A DNA stretch of 64,000 bases from a virus (IMGVR_UViG_3300033233_000005); one strand, 5' to 3'; positions 55,904 through 64,000 are shown, numbered from the stretch's first letter. The notes: generated by a model not told the origin, from the letters alone. Translations and numbers: made by a program.

Positions 55904-56407
55904 ATGAAGAATAGGATGCGCGAGCCAGTAAAAGAGGAACAGGGCATACACAAGAAGTGGTATGAAGAGGCCAAGAAGATGACTCTTAAAGATCTTCCTA
56001 AATTCATAGAGAAGTTGGATGAGATGTACGAACACGATTACGGCACTGTTTGTCATTCTATAGCCGCCGCTGCTTTAGCCACTGCCAACGCCATGAATAG
56101 GGGTAAGGGGAGTCGTGGAGGTATTACTGGATTTCAGTCTGGCGCAGTTATGTGGCAGTTTATAACTGGATGGGGATTATATGAGAAAGATGCCCCTCTG
56201 CACATTATCGACTATAACGACATGCTATACCCACAGTCTGTTGGTAAGTTCACCGAGATCAGCGCTGACACGTGGGAACATCTACAGAAAGAGGCTAAGA
56301 CCAGATTAAAAGAAGATAAGGATAAGTCGGCGCATCCCAATGTACGTGCCCATTGGCAATTAATAATAGATGGGGTCGTCCCATTTGGGTATAAAATAGA
56401 GAAATAA
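55904..56407 (+). CDS. hypothetical protein
   Basis: RBS AGGAG; 167 aa. Confidence 0.5.
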   Translation: MKNRMREPVKEEQGIHKKWYEEAKKMTLKDLPKFIEKLDEMYEHDYGTVCHSIAAAALATANAMNRGKGSRGGITGFQSGAVMWQFITGWGLYEKDAPLHIIDYNDMLYPQSVGKFTEISADTWEHLQKEAKTRLKEDKDKSAHPNVRAHWQLIIDGVVPFGYKIEK

Positions 56408-56413
56408 AACGTT

Positions 56414-56489
56414 GGACCGGTAGCCTAGAGGACAGGCACTGAGCTTCTACCTCAGCTTCACGCGGGTTCGATTCCTGCCCGGTCCGCCA
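56414..56489 (+). tRNA. tRNA-Arg (UCU)
   Basis: anticodon loop CTTCTAC, CCA. Confidence 0.7.
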
Positions 56490-56529
56490 GCATTATAGCC
56501 AACGAGATAAATACGATTTGACACGATGC

Positions 56530-56604
56530 GGGGAATTCGTCCAATGGCTAGGACATTAGCCCGACATGCTAAAAACACTGGTTCGAATCCAGTATTCCCT
56601 ACCA
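56530..56604 (+). tRNA. tRNA-Val (GAC)
   Basis: anticodon loop CCGACAT (C33), T-loop TTCGAAT, CCA. Confidence 0.6.
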
Positions 56605-56605
56605 T

Positions 56606-56680
56606 CGGGTTGTGGTCCAATAGATAAGACAGCAGCCTCCGAAGCTGCAAACGGGAGTGCAAATCTCCCCAACCCGGCCA
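56606..56680 (+). tRNA. tRNA-Arg (CCG)
   Basis: anticodon loop CTCCGAA, C1-G72, CCA. Confidence 0.65.
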
Positions 56681-56688
56681 GGAATAAT

Positions 56689-56949
56689 ATGATAAATAAA
56701 CTTGAATTAAAATGCGCATTGTCTGGCAAAAACATACAATGGATATTTATGGCGATGCTACTGATAATATTCAATACACTTATGGTATATGTTAATTATC
56801 CGCATAAGCGTTGCTTGATTAATGTTCTAGCTGCGTTGGTCCCACTTAGTATACTATGGGACAGAATCCGCATGGCTAGAATAGACTTGAAATTGCAGAA
56901 GGAGATAGACGAGCTAATGGAGTTAATATACAAACATGAAACGCATTAG
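56689..56949 (+). CDS. hypothetical membrane protein
   Basis: ATG after the tRNA; two transmembrane helices. Confidence 0.45.
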   Translation: MINKLELKCALSGKNIQWIFMAMLLIIFNTLMVYVNYPHKRCLINVLAALVPLSILWDRIRMARIDLKLQKEIDELMELIYKHETH

Positions 56950-57406
56950 TAAATCTCAGTATTACATGTCTCTGGTGAACGTAGTTAAATTGCGTTCACA
57001 TGACGCCGAGACACAGGCTGGCGCGGTTTTGATAAAGAAAGACACAGGTGCGGTGATCGCCACAGGATTTAACGGATTCGTAAGGGGTGCCAATGATGCA
57101 GCATTACCCAATACCAGACCAGAAAAATACAAGCACATAATACATGCAGAAGAGAATCTGATAGCCCATTGCGCTAGGCATGGCATATCAATGTCCGGTT
57201 GTGAGATATACATCAACTTCGCACCGTGCGAACATTGCGCCAGATTGTTATGGCAGTGCGGAATAGATACTATAATCATTGAAAGTACCGATGCGACTCC
57301 GTCATTTAAGAAATATTTTGAGGCTATGACCACTATGAAGGATATAGCAGTAAAGATGACCACTACGCCAGAGCATCATACGGTATTAAAATTAAAATCT
57401 AAATAA
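56936..57406 (+). CDS. dCMP/cytidine deaminase (CDA fold)
   Basis: HAEENLI...PCEHCARLL zinc-binding motifs. Confidence 0.8.
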   Translation: MKRISKSQYYMSLVNVVKLRSHDAETQAGAVLIKKDTGAVIATGFNGFVRGANDAALPNTRPEKYKHIIHAEENLIAHCARHGISMSGCEIYINFAPCEHCARLLWQCGIDTIIIESTDATPSFKKYFEAMTTMKDIAVKMTTTPEHHTVLKLKSK

Positions 57407-57407
57407 T

Positions 57408-57499
57408 GCCCCTGTAGCATAATGGTAGTGCAGCAAGCTTATACCTTGCAAGCCCTAGATTGGGGCGCGATGGGGGTTCGATTCCCTCCAGGGGTACCA
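57408..57499 (+). tRNA. class-II-architecture tRNA with anticodon UAU (Ile anticodon), A73
   Basis: anticodon stem GCAAG/CTTGC, loop CTTATAC, 22-nt variable arm GCCC-TAGATTG-GGGC, CCA. Confidence 0.45.
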
Positions 57500-57505
57500 G
57501 TTATC

Positions 57506-57835
57506 ATGATCAAGATAATGAAGACCATAGACAGACCGAAGTATGAGGGTAATTTCTATGTCCAGACACCCGTTGGTCTATGGTGGTTAAATGGAAACGC
57601 CGATGGTTGGTTAGAATGGATGTCCACCGCAGCCCGTAGTATATTGGATAGACCAGAAGCCAAATTACACAGGCTAACTGCAGAAGACATAATTAGACCA
57701 TGGGTAGCAGCTATGATCAGATCCGTAGAAGAACACCAATACATGTTCTTTGATCCGTTCGCGCAGATAGAATACAACCATAGTATGTTACATAGAACTA
57801 AGATCGTAAGAATGCCATACAACGATCCGAATTGA
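57506..57835 (+). CDS. DPL-tail family protein (DPFAQ)
   Basis: ...HQYMFFDPFAQIEYNH. Confidence 0.5.
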   Translation: MIKIMKTIDRPKYEGNFYVQTPVGLWWLNGNADGWLEWMSTAARSILDRPEAKLHRLTAEDIIRPWVAAMIRSVEEHQYMFFDPFAQIEYNHSMLHRTKIVRMPYNDPN

Positions 57836-57839
57836 ATAT

Positions 57840-57911
57840 GCTGGCGTGGCAGAATGGCTATGCACTCCGCCCGTAACGGAGACAATGTAGGTTCAATTCC
57901 TACCGCTAGCT
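57840..57911 (+). tRNA. tRNA-Thr (CGU)
   Basis: anticodon loop CCCGTAA, T-loop TTCAATT. Confidence 0.65.
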
Positions 57912-57921
57912 CGTCTTAATT

Positions 57922-57993
57922 GGGCTTGTCGTTCAACAGATAGGACTAGCGCCTACGAAGCGCTGAATGGGGGTGCGACTCCCTCCAAGCCCG
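57922..57993 (+). tRNA. tRNA-Arg (ACG)
   Basis: anticodon loop CTACGAA; T-loop TGCGACT. Confidence 0.65.
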
Positions 57994-58008
57994 GTATTAT
58001 CTCCGCGT

Positions 58009-58054
58009 CCTCCGAGTATAAAACGCTACGGAGGCGCATATGAAGCAAAGGAGG
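58009..58054 (+). promoter_or_regulatory. promoter-like GTATAAAAC in a hairpin loop plus GCAAAGGAGG RBS
   Basis: CCTCCG-AGTATAAAACGCTA-CGGAGG then GCAAAGGAGG; start ATG at 58064. Confidence 0.45.
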
Positions 58055-58063
58055 CTCAAGCAC

Positions 58064-58969
58064 ATGACCCTGATTACCCACCCTATGTTTGCTGGCCGCA
58101 TAGCAGACGGGAATTTCGGTAAACTCAAATATCCGATGGCCGTGACTAAGAAAATAGATGGGATCCGGTGTCTGATTATTAATGGCAAAGCCCTCAGTCG
58201 TACATTTAAGCCCATTCCGAATAAGCACATTGCCAAGCTCCTAACCGCAACCTTCCCCGATGGTACCGATCTGGAATTAACTTCCGGTGCCAACTTTCAG
58301 GACAGCACTTCCGCCGTAATGAGCGAGGATAAAGTTCCTGAATTTAAGGCGTGGGTAATCGATTACGTCAAAGACGACTTGACTGAATCCTATTCTACCC
58401 GCATGGAAAATGCAGCCCGCATCGCGGCAAAGCAAATGCGCGGCGCGGGGTTCCAGATCGAGGTCTTGACCCCCAAGATCATCAATACTGAGGCCGAACT
58501 GCTGGAATATGAGAAGCAAGTATTGGCAGAGGGATTCGAGGGCGTCATGATCAGGCAGATCGACGGACGCTACAAGTGTGGGCGCTCCACCTTCAATGAG
58601 GGATTGTTGATCAAGTTGAAGCGGTTCAACGATCAGGAAGCCAGGGTCGTCGATTTTGAAGAACTGTATCACAACCAGAACACCGCAGAGAAAGACGCAT
58701 TCGGCCGTACCAAGCGGAGCACCGCCCAAGACGGGATGGTAGCTGCGGGTACGCTAGGGAAATTGATCGTGGTTGGTATCGGTGGGGACTATAATAATGT
58801 CCAATTCTCCGTCGGATCTGGATTCGATCAAGCCACGCGTGACAGACTATGGAAGAACAAGGGTGAATTGGTTGGGAAGGTCGTGCGCGTGAAATACTTC
58901 CCGACTGGCGTCAAGGATGCACCCAGATTCCCTATTTTCCAGGGATTCCGGGATAAGAGGGATATGTAA
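58064..58969 (+). CDS. ATP-dependent DNA ligase (minimal, about 300 aa)
   Basis: motif I KIDGIR, IV EGVMIR, V LLIKLK, VI RFPIFQGFRDKRD. Confidence 0.75.
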   Translation: MTLITHPMFAGRIADGNFGKLKYPMAVTKKIDGIRCLIINGKALSRTFKPIPNKHIAKLLTATFPDGTDLELTSGANFQDSTSAVMSEDKVPEFKAWVIDYVKDDLTESYSTRMENAARIAAKQMRGAGFQIEVLTPKIINTEAELLEYEKQVLAEGFEGVMIRQIDGRYKCGRSTFNEGLLIKLKRFNDQEARVVDFEELYHNQNTAEKDAFGRTKRSTAQDGMVAAGTLGKLIVVGIGGDYNNVQFSVGSGFDQATRDRLWKNKGELVGKVVRVKYFPTGVKDAPRFPIFQGFRDKRDM

Positions 58970-59218
58970 ATGAAAAACTTTGTAGCTGGAGTGATAGTGG
59001 GAGTGTCAATTGTAGCTGGGGTAGCCCTGGCCAATGATTGGGTCAAGGAATTGAGTTGGAATCGCTACTATGCACGAAGTATATCTCAGAGAGATGCCCT
59101 AATCATGGTGATTACCCATGCCTATATATCGGGAAATGCGGATGTAAATGCTAATCAAGTTTATATGGCCAGCAAGATCGTAGGACTGGCCAATGAGATA
59201 GCTAAGCAGGCGGAGTAA
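58970..59218 (+). CDS. hypothetical membrane protein
   Basis: TAAATG overlap. Confidence 0.45.
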   Translation: MKNFVAGVIVGVSIVAGVALANDWVKELSWNRYYARSISQRDALIMVITHAYISGNADVNANQVYMASKIVGLANEIAKQAE

Positions 59219-59219
59219 C

Positions 59220-59411
59220 ATGTTAGTAAATGTGTTTCTCCCTGTTTCTCTCACCGGGTTAAGCCTATTGGGTGGCTGGATGACCTTTGACCATATCCTA
59301 TCACACAATGGTGCACCAGGTGTAATTGGTCCAGTGGTATGTGGTACAGGGGCTCTAACATTTAAGATTATTTGGGCGTACCTACGTCAACAGGATGAGG
59401 GGAGGGTGTAA
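59220..59411 (+). CDS. hypothetical membrane protein
   Basis: 63 aa. Confidence 0.4.
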   Translation: MLVNVFLPVSLTGLSLLGGWMTFDHILSHNGAPGVIGPVVCGTGALTFKIIWAYLRQQDEGRV

Positions 59412-59589
59412 TGCAAATCATAGTCATCGAAAGTAACGCATTCCAGAAGAAGTATATGCCAGCTAAGGACGTCAGCGACGCCACCAGCAGATTTTTAATA
59501 TGGGCTAAAAAGACTGGTTTATCATTTGAGATAACCAAAGTTGAAGTGCTAGCTAATAATGACCAAGTCATTGCTGAATAGGAGTATAA

Positions 59590-59814
59590 ATGAAGATTAG
59601 AGTATGTAATATCAGATGGAATGCTGCCATGAAGAAGCACTATAAAGACGAGGGGAAGAAATTACCCATTCGCGTTGTGATAATATTAGACCCATGTGAA
59701 TTAGAGGATAACGCCAATGAATGTCTACACACCCTGATCAACTGGCAGGTCGATGAGTATTTTGGGGACAAATATCGCACCACGCTAGATGGTTTTAATT
59801 GGCATTTCGTATGA
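59590..59814 (+). CDS. hypothetical protein
   Basis: RBS AGGAG. Confidence 0.45.
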   Translation: MKIRVCNIRWNAAMKKHYKDEGKKLPIRVVIILDPCELEDNANECLHTLINWQVDEYFGDKYRTTLDGFNWHFV

Positions 59815-59826
59815 TCAAGGAGAAAT

Positions 59827-60058
59827 AATGGCAAAAGCTGGTTCCGTATTGGAGATAAACGTTAGTGAAGATGAGTCTAACAAGCTATTCCATCGGGTCG
59901 AAGGGACCATGAATAGGTTTAAATGCCTGATCAAAGATAACGGTACCGGATATACACTATGGGAGAGCAAGAATAGGGTATCTAAAATCAGGCTAGACCA
60001 GATACGCCTAGCCCTGCAGATATTGGATTCAAGCCTGACCGTAACCATAAGGGAGTAA
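59827..60058 (+). CDS. hypothetical protein
   Basis: RBS GGAG; internal start MAKAGSV. Confidence 0.45.
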
Positions 60059-60060
60059 TA

Positions 60061-60243
60061 ATGCCATTACATGAACATGGCTGGCCTATCCCATTCTGGC
60101 TGAGAGTAGTAACATGGGTCGCCGTATTCGGATTTAGTTTCTACGCGTTCTGGCCTCCGTCTAGCCAGCCATGTTTATTCTTAGTCGCAGTATGCATGGC
60201 TGGCTATTATGCCAAACAAGTTGTGGGATTCTATAGGAGATAA
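60061..60243 (+). CDS. hypothetical membrane protein
   Basis: 60 aa. Confidence 0.4.
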   Translation: MPLHEHGWPIPFWLRVVTWVAVFGFSFYAFWPPSSQPCLFLVAVCMAGYYAKQVVGFYRR

Positions 60244-60245
60244 TA

Positions 60246-60458
60246 ATGCCATTACAAATGTCATCTGTACGCGACGCTGCCAGCACTATGGTTGATCTGG
60301 TAAAATACACGGTAAGCAAGGCGATATTCCTGGGAATACTGTACGTCGTGGCACTCGCATTCTGGCATTTGGAATTAAACGTCAGTCTAACTCCATTATC
60401 AGTTCAGAAAAGTCCAGATTCTTGGACATTGAGGATACTCAATGACACGAAGCGTTAA
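60246..60458 (+). CDS. hypothetical protein
   Basis: 70 aa. Confidence 0.4.
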   Translation: MPLQMSSVRDAASTMVDLVKYTVSKAIFLGILYVVALAFWHLELNVSLTPLSVQKSPDSWTLRILNDTKR

Positions 60459-61002
60459 AGTCGAATCAATCCAGCACCTATTTGACCCCAGGCTGCAAAT
60501 CGGCCAGGGTAATCACCCTAGCATAGATAAGAACCGCACATGGATGTTTGAAAATGGCAATAGTAGCTTATCTCTAAAATTTAATAATGAAGTATGGTGC
60601 CCAAGCCTAAGGCGTATATTGGGCGAAGATGGACCTAAAACGGTTGGCAGCACATGGGTACACGGATTGAGTCTGTCCAGTTATTACAACAAGCATGGTA
60701 AATATCCAGATATTGCTCTATTCATCAGTGGCAGCGTCATAGACAGCCACATGGGGTGGAAGAAGATACATAGATTACAACCTCATCTTAGAATGCGTGC
60801 AGATGGTGAATTGTTTTTCCATGGTGGACCCAAGCATTTCTCGCCTATTGGAGTAACTTATCTAGTTAACAAGCATATTGATGAATTAATAGACCCATTC
60901 TTCTGGCAGGAAAAGGCCAATAGGCAGTTTATGTGGAATGAGGCTGTTTTCGTACTCACTCCCAAAGAGTTTCAAATCGCCAAGACGGGCGACATAGGAT
61001 AA
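60442..61002 (+). CDS. DPF-tail family protein
   Basis: ...HIDELIDPFFWQEKANR. Confidence 0.45.
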   Translation: MTRSVKVESIQHLFDPRLQIGQGNHPSIDKNRTWMFENGNSSLSLKFNNEVWCPSLRRILGEDGPKTVGSTWVHGLSLSSYYNKHGKYPDIALFISGSVIDSHMGWKKIHRLQPHLRMRADGELFFHGGPKHFSPIGVTYLVNKHIDELIDPFFWQEKANRQFMWNEAVFVLTPKEFQIAKTGDIG

Positions 61003-61235
61003 GGGGATATGCTTAAAAGAACATTAAAATTCGGACGTAGGTGGTTTCAAGAAGGCATCTTCCGCGCCGCTCCGGGCGCATTTCTACAATCGGCTTTCTC
61101 TTATATACAGAGTTTGGACAAAACTTGCCATAGGCATATCACTTGTATAGTTACATTATCACCATACGCTTTTATACACATTGTCATTGCTATATGTGTC
61201 ATAAATATTCCCAATCCCCATATAGGATGGGAGAT

Positions 61236-61898
61236 ATGAAGCTCCAAGTATCAATCAAGGATGGTAAGTTGCGCATCAACGTAAAGGATTACCAAACCTG
61301 GATCGTGATTAGCATAGATGAATCCAAAGGGGAGATAATACTACACGACGATACCATAGCATATGAGCCGAGTAGTACATGGTTAGATAAATTCACGCAT
61401 ATCAAGGATTGGTTCGAACAGTACACCAAGCACCCCGAGAGATTCGGCATGGACGTTGGTGGGAATATTATGCCAATATATTATGTTAAGGCGGATGAAA
61501 TGCGGGTCAGGATAAACGAGATAGCCACAAAACAGTTCCATAAAATGGCTATAGAAAGCGGTATAATGACGATTGCAGATAAGGAACAACATCCATCCTG
61601 GGCATTGAGTGCACTTCATCCGGCATTATCAGACGCAGATGACACTTACGTATATATGGGAGCTATCTTTGGGGCGCGTACTGGAGGGCTAAAATTGGTG
61701 CCGACAATAATTCATCTCCCATATGGGATAACTGAAAGCCCTCAATTTGACGTATACCCGTTGAATTCCAATGGAGAATTAGCCATGCCAGTTAAGACTA
61801 TAATAGACATGTTGGAACAGAACGTAGGCGTTCTAGTAGATCCATTGGCAGTTGATGAAAACGGGTATTTGAGAATACATTACCTAGATATTAAGTAA
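61236..61898 (+). CDS. DPLA-tail family protein
   Basis: ATGA; ...NVGVLVDPLAVDENGY. Confidence 0.5.
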   Translation: MKLQVSIKDGKLRINVKDYQTWIVISIDESKGEIILHDDTIAYEPSSTWLDKFTHIKDWFEQYTKHPERFGMDVGGNIMPIYYVKADEMRVRINEIATKQFHKMAIESGIMTIADKEQHPSWALSALHPALSDADDTYVYMGAIFGARTGGLKLVPTIIHLPYGITESPQFDVYPLNSNGELAMPVKTIIDMLEQNVGVLVDPLAVDENGYLRIHYLDIK

Positions 61899-61911
61899 AG
61901 GAGGCAAGAGA

Positions 61912-62598
61912 ATGTCCCATTTTGTAGCGGTAGTGCTGGTGCCCCCGAAGGATAAGAATATACTCAAGACAGTTGAGCGTCTGATGAAGCCGTATGATGA
62001 GGCCATAGAAGTAAAAGAATATGACGACAAATGCTGGTGTATCGGGAAAAAGGCTGAACACCATGCATTTGATATAGCCAACAAGAAGAAGGATATTAAA
62101 GTATTAAGGTCTGAGTATGACGCCCTGCCTGAAACACAACGCCCAGCCTGGTCTGAATTTATTTCAGAATGGGAATCTGACATGAATAAGGCCATAGGAA
62201 AGCATCCGTTACGCGGGAAGCCCGATCCCAGATGTGACAGTTGTAAGGGCACTGGAACCATGAAATCTACCTATAATCCAAAGTCAAAATGGGACGGGTG
62301 GAGAGTGGGTGGTAGATGGGACGGTGAGATCCTAGGTGATAGTGTTCAGAGTAGCAATGGATTTAATTTTAGTGGGAACCATGAGAGTCTAGAACATAAT
62401 ATGGCCAAGGTAAAGAAGATACACAAGGATTTTAAAGCATTCGCCGTAGTTACACCTGACGGAGAATGGCATCAAGAAGCTAAGATGGGATGGTTCGGTA
62501 TTACCAGCGGTGAAAATACCAATTGGGAAGCTGATTACAAGAAGATAATGGCAAAATACGGTGACCATTGGGCCGTATCTGTCGACTGCCACATCTAA
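61912..62598 (+). CDS. hypothetical protein
   Basis: RBS AAAGGAGG; 228 aa. Confidence 0.55.
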   Translation: MSHFVAVVLVPPKDKNILKTVERLMKPYDEAIEVKEYDDKCWCIGKKAEHHAFDIANKKKDIKVLRSEYDALPETQRPAWSEFISEWESDMNKAIGKHPLRGKPDPRCDSCKGTGTMKSTYNPKSKWDGWRVGGRWDGEILGDSVQSSNGFNFSGNHESLEHNMAKVKKIHKDFKAFAVVTPDGEWHQEAKMGWFGITSGENTNWEADYKKIMAKYGDHWAVSVDCHI

Positions 62599-62613
62599 AA
62601 AAAGGAGAAAAAT

Positions 62614-62841
62614 ATGGGTCTGTTGGGCAGGATGTTTGGGGTTAAGCGCCGGTATAACCGGGAATTCAAGTACGGTGAGTTATATAGTATAATCAGGCAT
62701 GCCATGGGACGTAGACCAATGGCACTGGCTGAGATCGTAAGGCGCACAGAGGTTCAATCAAAGAAAGTATCTGCTACATTAAACTATCACGATGACCAGT
62801 TTATGCATGTCAGTCATGGACAGTGGAAGGTTAGGGGATAG
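62614..62841 (+). CDS. hypothetical protein
   Basis: RBS AAAAAGGAG. Confidence 0.5.
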   Translation: MGLLGRMFGVKRRYNREFKYGELYSIIRHAMGRRPMALAEIVRRTEVQSKKVSATLNYHDDQFMHVSHGQWKVRG

Positions 62842-62882
62842 ATTGCTGGCTGAGTTGATATAGATCAACCAGCCCAGATATT

Positions 62883-63368
62883 ATGATAAATATTAAACCT
62901 AATCCTTCCAAATCTGAAATAAGGAAGTGGAAGGAATCAGGCGGGATGCGCACATTGTTTAAGCATTGGTGCAAGAATAGTGTTGGAATATTTGTAACAC
63001 CCGATGATGTAGTCACCAGATTAATTACCAGACCGGTCGTTGATGGTACTGGAATAATCGGCAAGGAGGTATTGGATGATAACAAATTTACGGTTATCGA
63101 TCACCTTGAAGTCAGATTTATGTGGGATCAGATCACATCTAGACTAGATTCTGTAACCACCAAACAGCGTTGTGGTAAAAATATTCCACCAGATCGGATA
63201 GTGGTGGTGAAACCAGAGGATGTTATGATCCACATTGGCGGCAATCAATCGGTATGGTTCTATACTCCTAGAAAGGCATTGATCGATCCGATGTTAAACC
63301 TTATTGAAGATCCGTATGAATTCATCGTGCAATACGTCAGAGATTTAATGGATAGGAGGATAAAGTGA
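62883..63368 (+). CDS. hypothetical protein with degenerate tail (LIDPMLNLIEDP)
   Basis: 161 aa. Confidence 0.45.
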   Translation: MINIKPNPSKSEIRKWKESGGMRTLFKHWCKNSVGIFVTPDDVVTRLITRPVVDGTGIIGKEVLDDNKFTVIDHLEVRFMWDQITSRLDSVTTKQRCGKNIPPDRIVVVKPEDVMIHIGGNQSVWFYTPRKALIDPMLNLIEDPYEFIVQYVRDLMDRRIK

Positions 63369-63748
63369 TTCAAGGCATTCCCATGGTGCTTTTAGGAGAG
63401 TCTAATCACGATCTATGTGTAGTATATAATGTTAGGGCTAGGGCCGATGACACGAAGTGGGAGGCTATCATATACGAGCCATACACTGACGCACTGATGA
63501 TAGTGAACAGTATGGATTGCACCTTATCTTATCTTCATGGAGAGAAATTTGATCCTAAGAATGTCGTTGATTATATTTGGCAGAAGATGGTGCCTATAAA
63601 TATGCTAATTAATAATGAATTTTCTGTGACATTTGCAGATGGGCCGATATTAAATCCGACCGATGCATCTAAGGTTATTAAATCGGCTATGGAAAAATAT
63701 GCCAAACATTTAGCAACCTGGACGTTTGAAATGGGAGGCCAACAATGA
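63365..63748 (+). CDS. HRGTP-family paralog 4
   Basis: GTGA; GIPMVLL...LHGEKFDPKNVVDYIWQKMVP...VIKSAMEKYAKH. Confidence 0.45.
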   Translation: MIQGIPMVLLGESNHDLCVVYNVRARADDTKWEAIIYEPYTDALMIVNSMDCTLSYLHGEKFDPKNVVDYIWQKMVPINMLINNEFSVTFADGPILNPTDASKVIKSAMEKYAKHLATWTFEMGGQQ

Positions 63749-64000
63749 ATATATGTTTAATCGGTCCTAGCAGATCAGGCAAGAGTCTATTAGCCACTAA
63801 TCTGGCGTCCAGATTGAAGATGCCCATAATAGATACTGGGCAGATAATAAGGCTAACTGCCGATCCAGAAGATCAAGCTAGACTTGCCGCTGGTGGATTA
63901 TCACAACGTGGTGGTAAAGGTACCACTTGGGCTAATGAATTGGTTGATAGGGCATTAGCTGACGAAGAGCATATTATAGTTGGCTATCCACGTAGTATTG
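63745..64000 (+). CDS. adenylate kinase-like P-loop NMP kinase (3' partial)
   Basis: ATGA; ICLIGPSRSGKS P-loop, DTGQIIR, GYPRS; runs off the window end. Confidence 0.6.
   Translation, partial: MNICLIGPSRSGKSLLATNLASRLKMPIIDTGQIIRLTADPEDQARLAAGGLSQRGGKGTTWANELVDRALADEEHIIVGYPRSI

Overview
Dense, almost entirely plus-strand phage-like window of roughly 130 mostly small genes, many joined by ATGA or GTGA stop-start overlaps, and no integrase, transposase or CRISPR array.

Three features stand out:

1. A hyper-expanded small-protein family, with more than 45 members in the window. N-termini are often MKxxW; the shared C-terminal module is ~NPx-phi-phi-(F/N/Y)DPL(W/AW)(D/N)G. The family forms a 16-gene translationally coupled tandem array at 4.4-9.2 kb and is dispersed everywhere else. 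One member is fused to a NADAR domain.
2. A giant tRNA island at 45.8-58.0 kb holding 44 tRNA or tRNA-like genes, plus one more at 21.8 kb. Isoacceptor sets are complete for Leu (5), Ala (3), Pro (3) and Val (3); Arg has four. Many have non-canonical T-loops. Four have class-II (long variable arm) architecture carrying non-class-II anticodons (UUG, GUU, CUU, UAU). Three are degenerate tRNA-like elements.
3. Recognisable enzymes embedded in this context:
   - an Mpa/ARC-like AAA+ unfoldase and a second AAA+ ATPase
   - a MoxR-like AAA plus vWA pair
   - a prohibitin/SPFH homolog
   - a metallophosphoesterase, RNase HII, a dCMP deaminase, an ATP-dependent DNA ligase, an HNH endonuclease and a small HAD-like phosphatase
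   - a type-IV-pilin-like protein and a partial adenylate-kinase-like gene at the window end

A recurring GTATAAA(A/G)C promoter-like motif, often followed by GCAAAGGAGG, precedes several genes. High-GC islands sit in a roughly 45% GC background. All family and tRNA assignments come from manual reading of the sequence and need tRNAscan-SE, Infernal and HMM confirmation.
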